Shown here piece by piece: positions 1 through 7,831 of a DNA stretch of 47,144 nt. This DNA comes from a virus: the IMG/VR virus record IMGVR_UViG_3300045988_159385, positions 1 through 47,144 of that record; one strand, written 5' to 3'. Within the stretch, counting starts at the first letter, position 1, and each line of letters begins with the position of its first letter. Position numbers and translations under genes: made by a program. Below the pieces are notes generated by a model. That model saw only the letters and a program-made list of their open reading frames with translations, had not been told where the DNA came from and did no database searches.

Positions 1-577
1 CCCAAGTATAAAGTTTCATTAAATCTTCTTTAAATTCTTCAATTGCTTTTTCAGCTATTTCTTGCGATGTAAAATATATATTATTAGATTGATATGCAAA
101 ACTGACATCAATTGTTAATTCATTATATTTATGGTCAAATGCAATAAAATATTTTTTAGAATCATTATGCCAATTAATAGCTTTTGCATTATGTTCCCAA
201 GCAAATCTGTCCAACTTTCTCATTACATTCTCTTTAAAAGCAATATATTCAGTATAATTTTTATTATTAAAATAATTAGCAATATTCAATTGTTCATTAT
301 CTGTATCATCATTCATATTATAAATTTTAACGCACTTACCGTTCACTATACAATAATAATCCGCTTCGCATCCAACCTGTTTATACGGGTTATTAAATGC
401 TGCTTCTTTAACTTCTTCAAATTCCATTTCTAATAAATCAGCTATTGGAGTACGTAAATCTTTTAGATAAGTATTAGTTTCAACATCTAATAAATCACCA
501 TATTTTACTTTAAATATGGTATTATCACACTTATATCTCTTTCCATTTGTTTGTAAATCTAATTCTGTTATTTTCAT
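1..577 (-). CDS. Conserved hypothetical protein, paralog A (about 195 aa). Its 3' end runs off the left edge and finishes at 47102-47144 if the molecule is circular.
   Basis: Minus-strand ORF with ATG at 575-577 and SD GGAGAA at 583-589. Translation MKITELDLQTNGKRYKCDN...AEKAIEEFKEDLMKLYTW is paralogous to ORF 6505..7077. The last about 95 nt are nearly identical to 6517-6610. Confidence 0.6.
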   Translation of the reverse strand, partial: MKITELDLQTNGKRYKCDNTIFKVKYGDLLDVETNTYLKDLRTPIADLLEMEFEEVKEAAFNNPYKQVGCEADYYCIVNGKCVKIYNMNDDTDNEQLNIANYFNNKNYTEYIAFKENVMRKLDRFAWEHNAKAINWHNDSKKYFIAFDHKYNELTIDVSFAYQSNNIYFTSQEIAEKAIEEFKEDLMKLYTW

Positions 578-661
578 TATTATTCTCCTTAATATAATAT
601 TTCATTATTCTCAATAGTGATAGCTGCTAAAGACCTCTTTGCGTTTTCAAACACATCTGCA

Positions 662-850
662 TTATCTTTTACCACTTTTTATTAAATTAACTGTTAGATT
701 AACAGAACATACTACTAAATTAGCATATATAAAAGTTACAATTAAATATGGAATCATTGGATTTTTACTTACTACCTTTGTAACTATATCTCCATACCAA
801 ATCATAATTACTGTCCAACACACTAACAAATCCCTATAATAATTTTTCAT
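662..850 (-). CDS. Small hydrophobic membrane protein (about 62 aa)
   Basis: ORF with ATG at 848-850 preceded by GGAGAGAG. Product is hydrophobic: MKNYYRDLLVCWTVIMIWYG... Confidence 0.45.
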   Translation of the reverse strand: MKNYYRDLLVCWTVIMIWYGDIVTKVVSKNPMIPYLIVTFIYANLVVCSVNLTVNLIKSGKR

Positions 851-881
851 TATCACTCTCTCCTAACTCGCAATATATTCA

Positions 882-1109
882 TTACTCATCCATATTCAAA
901 TAATGATCCAAGCATTCTTTACAATCTCTGAACCTTCTACAATTTTTGATTATCTTATTCTCGCTAAATGGTATATCTTTATTTGCTTCAAATTCGCAAG
1001 GAGAAACGCCATTGTGCAATGCCCATTCTTTTACTGCTAATTCGGTATTTCCAATTTCTTCGATATCATTAGCTATTAACTCCCATTTCTTCACTTTTAA
1101 TTCCTCCAC
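882..1109 (-). CDS. Small Cys-containing hypothetical protein (75 aa)
   Basis: ORF with Cys cluster CRRFRDCKEC. Conserved upstream motif at 1113-1140. Confidence 0.4.
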   Translation of the reverse strand: MEELKVKKWELIANDIEEIGNTELAVKEWALHNGVSPCEFEANKDIPFSENKIIKNCRRFRDCKECLDHYLNMDE

Positions 1110-1339
1110 TAACTTCGCACTAATTTCAAATTATTAGTTACCCCCAAATAATATCCCTGCTCTTTTATTTGTTTCCAAAGTTTGGCATTAAACACAATTG
1201 TTTTCTTATCCTCTACACCAAAACTTATCCAAGTTGCAGTAACTTTAACAAACTCTTTATCAGAAAATTGTTTGAACCATTCAGTAGTATAAGGCTTTTC
1301 TTCGTGAACTTCTTTTAAATATGCTTTTACTATATTCAT
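1109..1339 (-). CDS. Hypothetical protein (76 aa)
   Basis: ORF in the dense minus-strand early array. Confidence 0.4.
   Translation of the reverse strand: MNIVKAYLKEVHEEKPYTTEWFKQFSDKEFVKVTATWISFGVEDKKTIVFNAKLWKQIKEQGYYLGVTNNLKLVRS
1113..1140 (-). promoter_or_regulatory. Conserved upstream motif copy (palindromic class AATAATTTCAAATTATT)
   Basis: CTTCGCACTAATTTCAAATTATTAGTTA immediately 5' of the start of gene 882..1109. Confidence 0.5.
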
Positions 1340-1393
1340 TTAATTATCTCCTATAAATCTCGCAATATATTTGTATTTTTAATGAATTGTTCA

Positions 1394-1642
1394 CTACTTA
1401 CTCATAATATTAATTGCTATTTCCAATCCTTTCAAAATACCTTCATTCCCGATGTTATGTTCATCATCTACATTCTCATATTCCCATTTCTTTTGTTCAT
1501 AATAGCCTTTAAGTTTTACCAAACTATCAGTTTCCCTATATTCACAATCAGTTAAATCTCTTAATCCTTTATTGGTTTTTCTTTTATTGCACCAACCATT
1601 ATTGTTATAAGTGCATTTAGTACATAATCTTTCTTTACTCAT
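1394..1642 (-). CDS. Cys-rich zinc-ribbon-like hypothetical protein (82 aa)
   Basis: ORF with CTKC...C...C pattern. Conserved motif at 1660-1690 immediately upstream. Confidence 0.45.
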   Translation of the reverse strand: MSKERLCTKCTYNNNGWCNKRKTNKGLRDLTDCEYRETDSLVKLKGYYEQKKWEYENVDDEHNIGNEGILKGLEIAINIMSK

Positions 1643-1659
1643 TATTCTACCTCCAACTA

Positions 1660-1690
1660 CTTCGCAATAATTTCAAATTATTCATTATTT
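1660..1690 (-). promoter_or_regulatory. Conserved upstream motif copy
   Basis: CTTCGCAATAATTTCAAATTATTCATTA. Confidence 0.5.
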
Positions 1691-1712
1691 GTTAAAATAC
1701 TTGTTTTAATTT

Positions 1713-1889
1713 ATTACTTATTGCCACTTTCCATTTCATCCATCTTTGTTATCAATCTATCCAATGTCATATCTATTATCTTATATGGATCAGCAAATTT
1801 AGTTGGCTTCTTACAGATTGATTCTTTATTAATATCTTTTGTTTTTATTAAACAGTTTTTAAACTCTTTCCAATTATTCTCGTAATTCA
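1713..1889 (-). CDS. Small hypothetical protein (58 aa, MNYENNWKEFKNC...)
   Basis: ORF below the 60-aa cutoff of the supplied track. ATG at 1887-1889 with a purine-rich SD. Confidence 0.3.
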
Positions 1890-1913
1890 TAATTAATATC
1901 TTCTTCCCCCTGC

Positions 1914-2126
1914 TTATTCATCAAAAGTATGGTGTCCATCTGATATATCTCCTTTGTCATATTCTTTAAAAACATATTTATTAGGTTTTTTATTAAATAT
2001 ATCAAACCATTTTTCTTTACCACATTTTAAACATTTATATTTAGCCTCTTTGCTAAACCCTCCATTATATAAACGAACAGTATTTTCATTCATTTTCCAT
2101 TCATGTCTGCAAAATAATTTCATCAA
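1914..2126 (-). CDS. Zinc-ribbon mini-protein (70 aa)
   Basis: Paired CxxC pattern: CRHEW...CLKCGKE. Confidence 0.45.
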   Translation of the reverse strand: MMKLFCRHEWKMNENTVRLYNGGFSKEAKYKCLKCGKEKWFDIFNKKPNKYVFKEYDKGDISDGHHTFDE

Positions 2127-2162
2127 AATCCTCCTAAACTGTTTATTTTAATTAAACTTTAA

Positions 2163-2351
2163 TTATATATCCACTCCTTGTTTTTCTGCTTCAGCCAAAA
2201 GTCTATCAGCAACTTTCTTGTAAACCATCATTATTTCCTCAAACTCTTCTTCTGTTAATAATCTTCCTAAATCTCTTGTGATTTCAAGTAAATCTCTTTG
2301 TTTCACAATATCTATCGTTTTATAATTAACTTTTATATTTTCTTCTTTCAT
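2163..2351 (-). CDS. Hypothetical protein (about 62 aa)
   Basis: ORF; the SD-supported ATG is at 2349-2351 (AAGGAGAAtagtATG). A 45-nt intergenic repeat lies at 2352-2398. Confidence 0.4.
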   Translation of the reverse strand: MKEENIKVNYKTIDIVKQRDLLEITRDLGRLLTEEEFEEIMMVYKKVADRLLAEAEKQGVDI

Positions 2352-2400
2352 ACTATTCTCCTTAAAATATTTTTTCATTTCACAATATATTTGAATTGCG
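2352..2400 (-). promoter_or_regulatory. Conserved motif copy within a 45-nt intergenic repeat
   Basis: CTCCTTAAAATATTTTTTCATTTCACAATATATTTGAATTGCGAA, nearly identical to 2703-2748. Confidence 0.55.
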
Positions 2401-2402
2401 AA

Positions 2403-2693
2403 TTAATTTATAATTTCATTTTTCAAAACTTTAATTACTCCATCTTTAATTGTATAAGTTATCCTAACACTATGGTCTTTTCCATTTGACCAATTAATTG
2501 CTACAAAAACACCTTTATAAATCTTTTTTAGTTCTTTAAAATATTTATATTTTTTACTAATACAAGCCTTACAGATAACTCTTGCTAAATATGTTTTACT
2601 ATTTCTTCTTGCAATTCCCGTAAAATGCTGATTAAAAAAATTAGCACGCTCGCTTATTATTTTCTTTCTTTTCTTAATTTGTCTTTTATTCAC
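2403..2693 (-). CDS. Basic hypothetical protein (96 aa), possibly nucleic-acid binding
   Basis: GTG start with GGAGG SD. N-terminus is Lys/Arg-rich. Confidence 0.4.
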   Translation of the reverse strand: MNKRQIKKRKKIISERANFFNQHFTGIARRNSKTYLARVICKACISKKYKYFKELKKIYKGVFVAINWSNGKDHSVRITYTIKDGVIKVLKNEIIN

Positions 2694-2702
2694 TTCTCTA
2701 CC

Positions 2703-2748
2703 TCCTTAAAATATTTTTCATTTCACAATATATTTGAATTGTTCGTTA
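2703..2748 (-). promoter_or_regulatory. Conserved motif copy within a 45-nt intergenic repeat
   Basis: CTCCTTAAAATATTTTTCATTTCACAATATATTTGAATTGTTCG. Confidence 0.55.
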
Positions 2749-2940
2749 TTCTATTTTACCTCTAAAGTAATTTATTTCTTCACAATAAGGGCATTTACAT
2801 ACTATAGTAGGTACTTTAAGTTCTTTATCTTCAACCGTATACTTAACATCTTTTTCTAATATTGTTATTCCAGTAACAAGATTTATTTCTCCAAGATATT
2901 CATCACATTCACAATATAATTCTCTAACTTTATCTAACAT
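2746..2940 (-). CDS. Zinc-ribbon mini-protein (64 aa)
   Basis: CECDEY...CKCPYCEE motif. Confidence 0.45.
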   Translation of the reverse strand: MLDKVRELYCECDEYLGEINLVTGITILEKDVKYTVEDKELKVPTIVCKCPYCEEINYFRGKIE

Positions 2941-2960
2941 TCAAATCACCTTTTCACTTG

Positions 2961-2985
2961 CTTCGCATTTTATTCAAATTGTTTA
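2961..2985 (-). promoter_or_regulatory. Conserved motif copy
   Basis: CTTCGCATTTTATTCAAATTGTTTA. Confidence 0.45.
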
Positions 2986-2994
2986 TTAAAATAG

Positions 2995-3168
2995 TTATTT
3001 TATTCTAACTATTGCTCTTATAGTTTCTTTACTTTCTTTACGAATACAATGTACAATCTTTTCAATTGTAAATTTATCAACCCTACCAGTCCTATATACT
3101 TTACGAACTTCAATATCTAAATTTTCATCAAATTCACTAAGCTCTCTTATTAAGTCTTTTATTTTCAT
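2995..3168 (-). CDS. Small hypothetical protein (57 aa, MKIKDLIRELSEFDEN...)
   Basis: ORF below the track cutoff. Conserved motif at 3186-3210 upstream. Confidence 0.3.
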   Translation of the reverse strand: MKIKDLIRELSEFDENLDIEVRKVYRTGRVDKFTIEKIVHCIRKESKETIRAIVRIK

Positions 3169-3185
3169 TTTCTATATCCAACTCC

Positions 3186-3210
3186 TTGCAATATTTTTGA
3201 ATTATTCGTT
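3186..3210 (-). promoter_or_regulatory. Conserved motif copy
   Basis: TTGCAATATTTTTGAATTATTCGTT. Confidence 0.45.
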
Positions 3211-3382
3211 AAAGTTTTTCAGTACAATAAGTTACTTCAACGTGTCTAAATATTTTAAATTCTTTACCACATTCATAACATTCAAAAGTTTCAAAGTCAG
3301 CAAACTCCCAACTATCACTAAACTCATATCCACAATGAGGACAAAACACTTCATCAGTATAACTGCAATTAATTTTACTCAT
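3209..3382 (-). CDS. Zinc-ribbon mini-protein (57 aa, MSKINCSYTDEVFCPHCGYEF...CYECGKEF)
   Basis: ORF with AGGAGGaaaataaaATG. This replaces the antisense plus-strand ORF 3197..3454. Confidence 0.5.
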   Translation of the reverse strand: MSKINCSYTDEVFCPHCGYEFSDSWEFADFETFECYECGKEFKIFRHVEVTYCTEKL

Positions 3383-3399
3383 TTTATTTTCCTCCTTTA

Positions 3400-3428
3400 C
3401 TTCACAATAATTTCAAATTATTTGTTAC
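3400..3428 (-). promoter_or_regulatory. Conserved motif copy
   Basis: CTTCACAATAATTTCAAATTATTTGTTAC. Confidence 0.5.
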
Positions 3429-3550
3429 TTAAAAATTCTAATAATAGTTTCTAAAACACCTAACCATTCAAGTTCGAAGTTATTAACCTTTATTGAAAAG
3501 CCACTCAATGCTATTAATATAATTGCTATCCACATCAAAACTTTATTCAT
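3425..3550 (-). CDS. 41-aa hydrophobic peptide
   Basis: Short ORF MNKVLMWIAIILIALSGF... with GAGGTG SD. Confidence 0.25.
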   Translation of the reverse strand: MNKVLMWIAIILIALSGFSIKVNNFELEWLGVLETIIRIFK

Positions 3551-3686
3551 ATTTACACCTCATTTATTTAGCATTAATTTAATATTCTTCATCATCTTCG
3601 TCATTCCAAAAAGGACATTCATCATTTTCTTCGCAATCATCTAAGTAAGGACAATTACTACAACTAATCATTTTATCCTCCCTTTC

Positions 3687-3713
3687 CTTGCAATATATTT
3701 GAATTGTGAACTG
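3687..3713 (-). promoter_or_regulatory. Conserved motif copy
   Basis: CTTGCAATATATTTGAATTGTGAACTG. Confidence 0.5.
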
Positions 3714-3886
3714 TTTAATGTAAAAACTTTGAACCTTCTGCAAACATTTTTAAACTTAATAAACCGTTATTTTTGTATTTATTTATAGCCATTTCTAAAT
3801 ATTTATTAGGTATTTTGTGGTGTTAGTATAAAGTAGTGGACACAGTAAATCGAACTAAGTAAAATAATATTTAGTTAAGAAAGGAT

Positions 3887-4168
3887 GTGTCCATTATGGG
3901 AAAGGGCAGAAGATACGATCAAGAATATAAAGATATGATAGTAGAATTATTTAAGTCAGGAATGAGCTTAGCAGAGCTAAGTAGCGAATATGGCATTGCA
4001 AAATCAACAATTAACGGCTGGATTAAAGATGTAAAAGAAATTAAAGTAGATGAAAATGAAGTTATGACATTAAAGGAAGTTAAGGCTTTAAAAAAAGAAA
4101 TGGCAAGAATTAAAGAGGAAAATGAAATATTAAAAAAAGCTATGGCCATATTTGCAACAAGAAATTAG
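3887..4168 (+). CDS. IS3-family transposase OrfA (HTH, leucine-zipper-like C-terminus)
   Basis: 93 aa, MSIMGKGRRYDQEYKDMIVELFKSGMSLAELSSEYGIAKSTINGWIK. Confidence 0.8.
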   Translation: MSIMGKGRRYDQEYKDMIVELFKSGMSLAELSSEYGIAKSTINGWIKDVKEIKVDENEVMTLKEVKALKKEMARIKEENEILKKAMAIFATRN

Positions 4169-4221
4169 ATGAATTAATAGAATTTATAAATAGCAATAAA
4201 AACAAACATGATATTAAGACT

Positions 4222-5043
4222 ATGTGTACCGTTCTAGGCGTAGCCAGAAGCACATATTATAAATCTTTTGATAAAACTAAATCTGCAAGAGAACTAGAAA
4301 ATGAGGAATTAAAATCAGCTATTAAAAGGATATATAAAGAGAATAAAGGCATATATGGTGCTCCTAGGATTCATCATATACTTGGTATAGAAGGATTCAA
4401 TGTATCATTGAAGCGAGTTCAAAGACGAATGACTGAACTTGGCCTTTGTGCAGTAACTGTAAAAAAATACAAACCTCATTCAAGTAAAAAGGTAGCAGAA
4501 GATTTAGAAAACGTTTTGAAAAGAGATTTTACTACTACTTCTATTAACGAAAAATGGGTAGGAGATATTACATATATTTATACTATCAAAGATGGTTGGT
4601 GCTATTTAGCTTCAGTTCTAGACTTATATTCTAAAAAAATAATTGGCTATGCTTTCGATCAGAGAATGACTAATGATTTAGTTGTTAAAGCCTTAAAAAA
4701 TGCTTATTACAGCCAATCTCCCGATAAGAATAAGCAATTAATATTTCATAGCGATTTAGGCTCTCAATACACTAGCAATGATTTAAGGGAGCTATGCAAA
4801 GAGTTTAATATTATACAATCGTTTAGTAAAAAAGGTTGTCCATATGATAATGCTTGTATAGAATCTTTTCATTCATTAATAAAAAAGGAAGAAATATATA
4901 GAAATACATACCGTACCTTCGAAGAAGCTAATATGGCTATTTTTAAATATATTGAAGGTTGGTATAACAGAAAAAGGCTACACTCTTCTATTAATTACAT
5001 GACTCCAGATCAATGTGAATTATTAGCTAGAAGTGCAGCATAA
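4222..5043 (+). CDS. IS3-family transposase OrfB (DDE integrase core), probably made as an OrfAB fusion by a -1 frameshift
   Basis: Frame 1 is open from 4126 through the slippery site. Contains the HSDLGSQYTS motif and is a 273-aa DDE domain. Confidence 0.8.
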   Translation: MCTVLGVARSTYYKSFDKTKSARELENEELKSAIKRIYKENKGIYGAPRIHHILGIEGFNVSLKRVQRRMTELGLCAVTVKKYKPHSSKKVAEDLENVLKRDFTTTSINEKWVGDITYIYTIKDGWCYLASVLDLYSKKIIGYAFDQRMTNDLVVKALKNAYYSQSPDKNKQLIFHSDLGSQYTSNDLRELCKEFNIIQSFSKKGCPYDNACIESFHSLIKKEEIYRNTYRTFEEANMAIFKYIEGWYNRKRLHSSINYMTPDQCELLARSAA

Positions 5044-5204
5044 AAAAGTTTGACTTTTTGTGTCCAAAATATTGACATAAGACCATTGTTAATTAACTCA
5101 GCAGCTTCATCTACACTCAATTCAGTTTCATTGCTTAATGTTAATATAAATCCGTGTTTGTCTATAAACTTCATTTAAAAACCTCCTATCAAATAAATAA
5201 TAAA

Positions 5205-5381
5205 TTATTCTTTAATTGCTTTTTGAAAATCTATTTCTAAATCTTCTATATACCAATTTTCTATTTTATTATCTTCACTTATAGTAACAGCCATTGTTTT
5301 TCCTGCTTCTCTAATAAAATCTACTATATACATATCAAATGCAGGTTCATAATTAAAAAGTTTAATAACCTTTAATTTCAT
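5205..5381 (-). CDS. Small hypothetical protein (58 aa, MKLKVIKLFNYEPAFDMYIVDF...)
   Basis: ORF with GGAGGT SD; below the track cutoff. Confidence 0.35.
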   Translation of the reverse strand: MKLKVIKLFNYEPAFDMYIVDFIREAGKTMAVTISEDNKIENWYIEDLEIDFQKAIKE

Positions 5382-5385
5382 CACT

Positions 5386-5694
5386 CTATAACCTCCATTT
5401 ATTTCGCAATATATTCAGCGCATTCTTGAAATAATTCTTTGATACTGATTGCTCTTCATCTTTTTGATCTAAATATTCATTCAGAGTTATTGGCACAATT
5501 AATTTTTCATCTATTTTAAATTTAGTTGCTATTATTCTTCTTCCTTCTCTAACAAATTTTTTATATTTATTTTTTGGAATGTTATAAGTTGTATAATGTA
5601 CTTTAACGCAACTATAAACCTCTGTTGGGTCGCCATATTTATCTTGTCCACACCCTGCTGATTTTTCTATTCTATAACATAGTCTAATTTTCAT
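5386..5694 (-). CDS. Hypothetical protein (102 aa)
   Basis: ORF in the array. Confidence 0.4.
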   Translation of the reverse strand: MKIRLCYRIEKSAGCGQDKYGDPTEVYSCVKVHYTTYNIPKNKYKKFVREGRRIIATKFKIDEKLIVPITLNEYLDQKDEEQSVSKNYFKNALNILRNKWRL

Positions 5695-5735
5695 ATTCGT
5701 CCCCTATTTACTTTGTAATATTAATGAATTGTGAA

Positions 5736-5912
5736 CTAATCTAAATCTCTACCATTAAGAAAATCACCTTTCTTTTCCCAATAATAAAATCTAGTTGTTT
5801 TCTTTGTAGGCTCACCTAAAGCAAGTAGTACTGTAGGTGGTATTGTATATATTTGTTTTAATCCTATTTTAAATCTAGTCCAATTTTCCTTATTTTTAGT
5901 AAATAAAGTCAT
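5736..5912 (-). CDS. Small hypothetical protein (about 58 aa)
   Basis: ORF; start is ambiguous between TTG at 5918 and ATG at 5912. Confidence 0.3.
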   Translation of the reverse strand: MTLFTKNKENWTRFKIGLKQIYTIPPTVLLALGEPTKKTTRFYYWEKKGDFLNGRDLD

Positions 5913-5930
5913 TTCCAATTCTTTTCACTC

Positions 5931-5955
5931 CTTCGCATTTATTTCATTACTTTGC
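5931..5955 (-). promoter_or_regulatory. Conserved motif copy (degenerate)
   Basis: CTTCGCATTTATTTCATTACTTTGC. Confidence 0.35.
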
Positions 5956-6117
5956 CAACCCACTTCCACCACAATATTCACATTTCACTTTTGTATCTAC
6001 ACCCCTAATAGAACCTCCGCCTATTACCGCTGAACTCTGCATAGCCTTTAATTTTCCACTTCCTAAACAGTAGGAGCATATATTGATCTCTTTTAATGGC
6101 TCAATCTTAATTTCCAT
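5947..6117 (-). CDS. Zinc-ribbon mini-protein (56 aa, ...CSYCLGSG...CEYCGGSG)
   Basis: ORF below the track cutoff with GAGGTGA SD. Confidence 0.4.
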   Translation of the reverse strand: MEIKIEPLKEINICSYCLGSGKLKAMQSSAVIGGGSIRGVDTKVKCEYCGGSGLAK

Positions 6118-6123
6118 TTTCAC

Positions 6124-6150
6124 CTCACAATATAATCAAATTATTCTTAA
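6124..6150 (-). promoter_or_regulatory. Conserved motif copy
   Basis: CTCACAATATAATCAAATTATTCTTAA. Confidence 0.45.
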
Positions 6151-6176
6151 CATTTTATTTTCTTAGCCCAATTAAT

Positions 6177-6515
6177 TTAAATCCACTCTACCTCATCTAT
6201 TTCAATATTCTTATTACAATATGGACATTCTATTACTGTTCCACCCCAATCTCCTGGACACTCGCTTGGCATTAAACACTCAAAACCACTATATTCCATT
6301 TCTATGTCATAAAAACAGTGTGGACATTCAATTTTAACCTCAACTGGGCTTTGAATGATTCTTACATCTGATGGAAGTAATCTTTCTCCATAGTTATCGC
6401 ACTTTCTACAATGCCTTTCTCTACATGAATAATTTTCAATATTCTTGTAGTAAGGACACTCCTTACAAATATCTATATCATGTACCATTACTCTTTCTCC
6501 TCTGCTAAACATCAA
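6177..6515 (-). CDS. Cys-rich multi-CxxC protein (112 aa)
   Basis: At least four CxxC pairs. A degenerate copy of its C-terminus lies on the plus strand at 18844-18897. Confidence 0.5.
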   Translation of the reverse strand: MMFSRGERVMVHDIDICKECPYYKNIENYSCRERHCRKCDNYGERLLPSDVRIIQSPVEVKIECPHCFYDIEMEYSGFECLMPSECPGDWGGTVIECPYCNKNIEIDEVEWI

Positions 6516-7077
6516 ACTCCCAAGTATAAAGTTTCATTAAATCTTCTTTAAATTCTTCAATTGCTTTTTCAGCGACTTCTCTTGATGTAAAATATACATT
6601 GTTAGATTGATATGAACAACTCCAGACAATTATTAATTCATTATGCTTATTTGAAAATTTAATATAATATTTTTCAGAACAACTATCATTCCAATTTATA
6701 ACTGTTTCATTATTCTCCCAAGCGAATCTGTCCATTCTTCTCATTAAAGTTTCTTTAAAGGCAATATATTCAGCATATTCTTTATTGTTGAAATAATTCG
6801 CTGCTGAAAATAGTTCATTATCAAATTCAAAATTGTTATCTGTATCTGAATGAGTCCTGAATCCAAATATGGAATAATACCTTTCTCTATCATTTACTCT
6901 TGTGTAAGGGTTTTTCGCTTCTTTAATTTCCTCAAATTCCATTTCTAATAGTTCAGCCATACTAAAATTTCTTGTTGCAGCTATTAAATTACCTTCTTCT
7001 ACTTCAAAGACTTCATTCATATCTTTGCAAAAATATTTTTTACCATCTTCTTTAAAATCTATATCTATTATTTTCAT
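6505..7077 (-). CDS. Conserved hypothetical protein, paralog B (190 aa)
   Basis: Paralog of the gene at 1-577; the 3'-terminal about 95 nt are nearly identical. Confidence 0.55.
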   Translation of the reverse strand: MKIIDIDFKEDGKKYFCKDMNEVFEVEEGNLIAATRNFSMAELLEMEFEEIKEAKNPYTRVNDRERYYSIFGFRTHSDTDNNFEFDNELFSAANYFNNKEYAEYIAFKETLMRRMDRFAWENNETVINWNDSCSEKYYIKFSNKHNELIIVWSCSYQSNNVYFTSREVAEKAIEEFKEDLMKLYTWEFDV

Positions 7078-7117
7078 TGTCTTTTCCCCCTCCTATTTTC
7101 TACCTATTCAATTTATA

Positions 7118-7522
7118 TTAAAAAGGTAATTCCTCTTCCTGTTCTACTGGAGTTCCAAAGTCCGATTGACTATAATTATTATTTTTCCCACTTGAATTAT
7201 TACTGCTTAAAAAAGTTATTCCATTAAACATATCTGCAACAACTTCTGTTATATATCTCTTTGTTCCATCTTTAGCATCGTAAGACCTGTTTGCTATTCT
7301 CCCGCTTACTGCTATTTGACTTCCTTTTACACAATACTGTGCAACATTTTCCGCACTCTTTCCCCAAACTACTACTGGTATAAAATCAGCACCTTTTTCG
7401 CCTGTTTTACTGTTATAATTATCAACTGCTACTGTTAAGCTGCTAACTGCGATACCATTTCCAGGTGTATATCTTAGTTCAGGATCTTTTGTTAATCTTC
7501 CTATAAGTACTACTTTATTCAT
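7118..7522 (-). CDS. ssb: Single-stranded DNA-binding protein
   Basis: OB-fold SSB N-terminus MNKVVLIGRLTKDPELRYTPGNG... and acidic C-terminal tail EEELPF. Confidence 0.85.
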   Translation of the reverse strand: MNKVVLIGRLTKDPELRYTPGNGIAVSSLTVAVDNYNSKTGEKGADFIPVVVWGKSAENVAQYCVKGSQIAVSGRIANRSYDAKDGTKRYITEVVADMFNGITFLSSNNSSGKNNNYSQSDFGTPVEQEEELPF

Positions 7523-7549
7523 TTTTATTCCTTTCTACTTGTATACATT

Positions 7550-7831
7550 TTAAAAAATATTATTATGTATTATTCTGTCTATGTACTCATTTTTAAAATC
7601 TATCGTTTCTTGTAAATTCTCTTTTTCTATAGTTAAATCTAAAATTTCATCTTCAAGCTGTTCGTAAGTCTTTTCATCGTTTAACTCTTTTAATTCATCA
7701 TGCAACTCTTCTATTAGCTCGTATGAAACTTTTAATTTTATTTCTGTTTCTAGCCCGTAAAAGCAAATGTAAAACTCTCCTGCTAACTCTTCTATCTCAG
7801 CCTTTAAAGCATCTACTTTAATATTTAACAT
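7550..7831 (-). CDS. Hypothetical acidic coiled-coil protein (93 aa)
   Basis: ORF between ERF-associated genes and ssb. Confidence 0.4.
   Translation of the reverse strand: MLNIKVDALKAEIEELAGEFYICFYGLETEIKLKVSYELIEELHDELKELNDEKTYEQLEDEILDLTIEKENLQETIDFKNEYIDRIIHNNIF

Larger units (their letters stand above)
3837..5066 (+). mobile_element. IS3-family insertion sequence (about 1230 bp)
   Basis: Terminal inverted repeats TGGACACAGTAAATCGAACT (3837-) and AGTTTGACTTTTTGTGTCCA (-5066). Two ORFs (orfA HTH, orfB DDE) in the 0/-1 frame arrangement with slippery heptamer A_AAA_AAG at 4131-4137. Confidence 0.8.

Noticed and set aside
131-433. Plus-strand 100-aa ORF
   Set aside because: It is antisense to the well-supported minus-strand paralog gene (SD plus ATG at 575-577, homology to 6505..7077). 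Its low-complexity Ile/Phe-rich product is typical of AT-rich antisense frames.
3197-3454. Plus-strand 85-aa ORF
   Set aside because: It overlaps a minus-strand zinc-ribbon gene that has a strong SD and a conserved upstream motif. The product is low-complexity.
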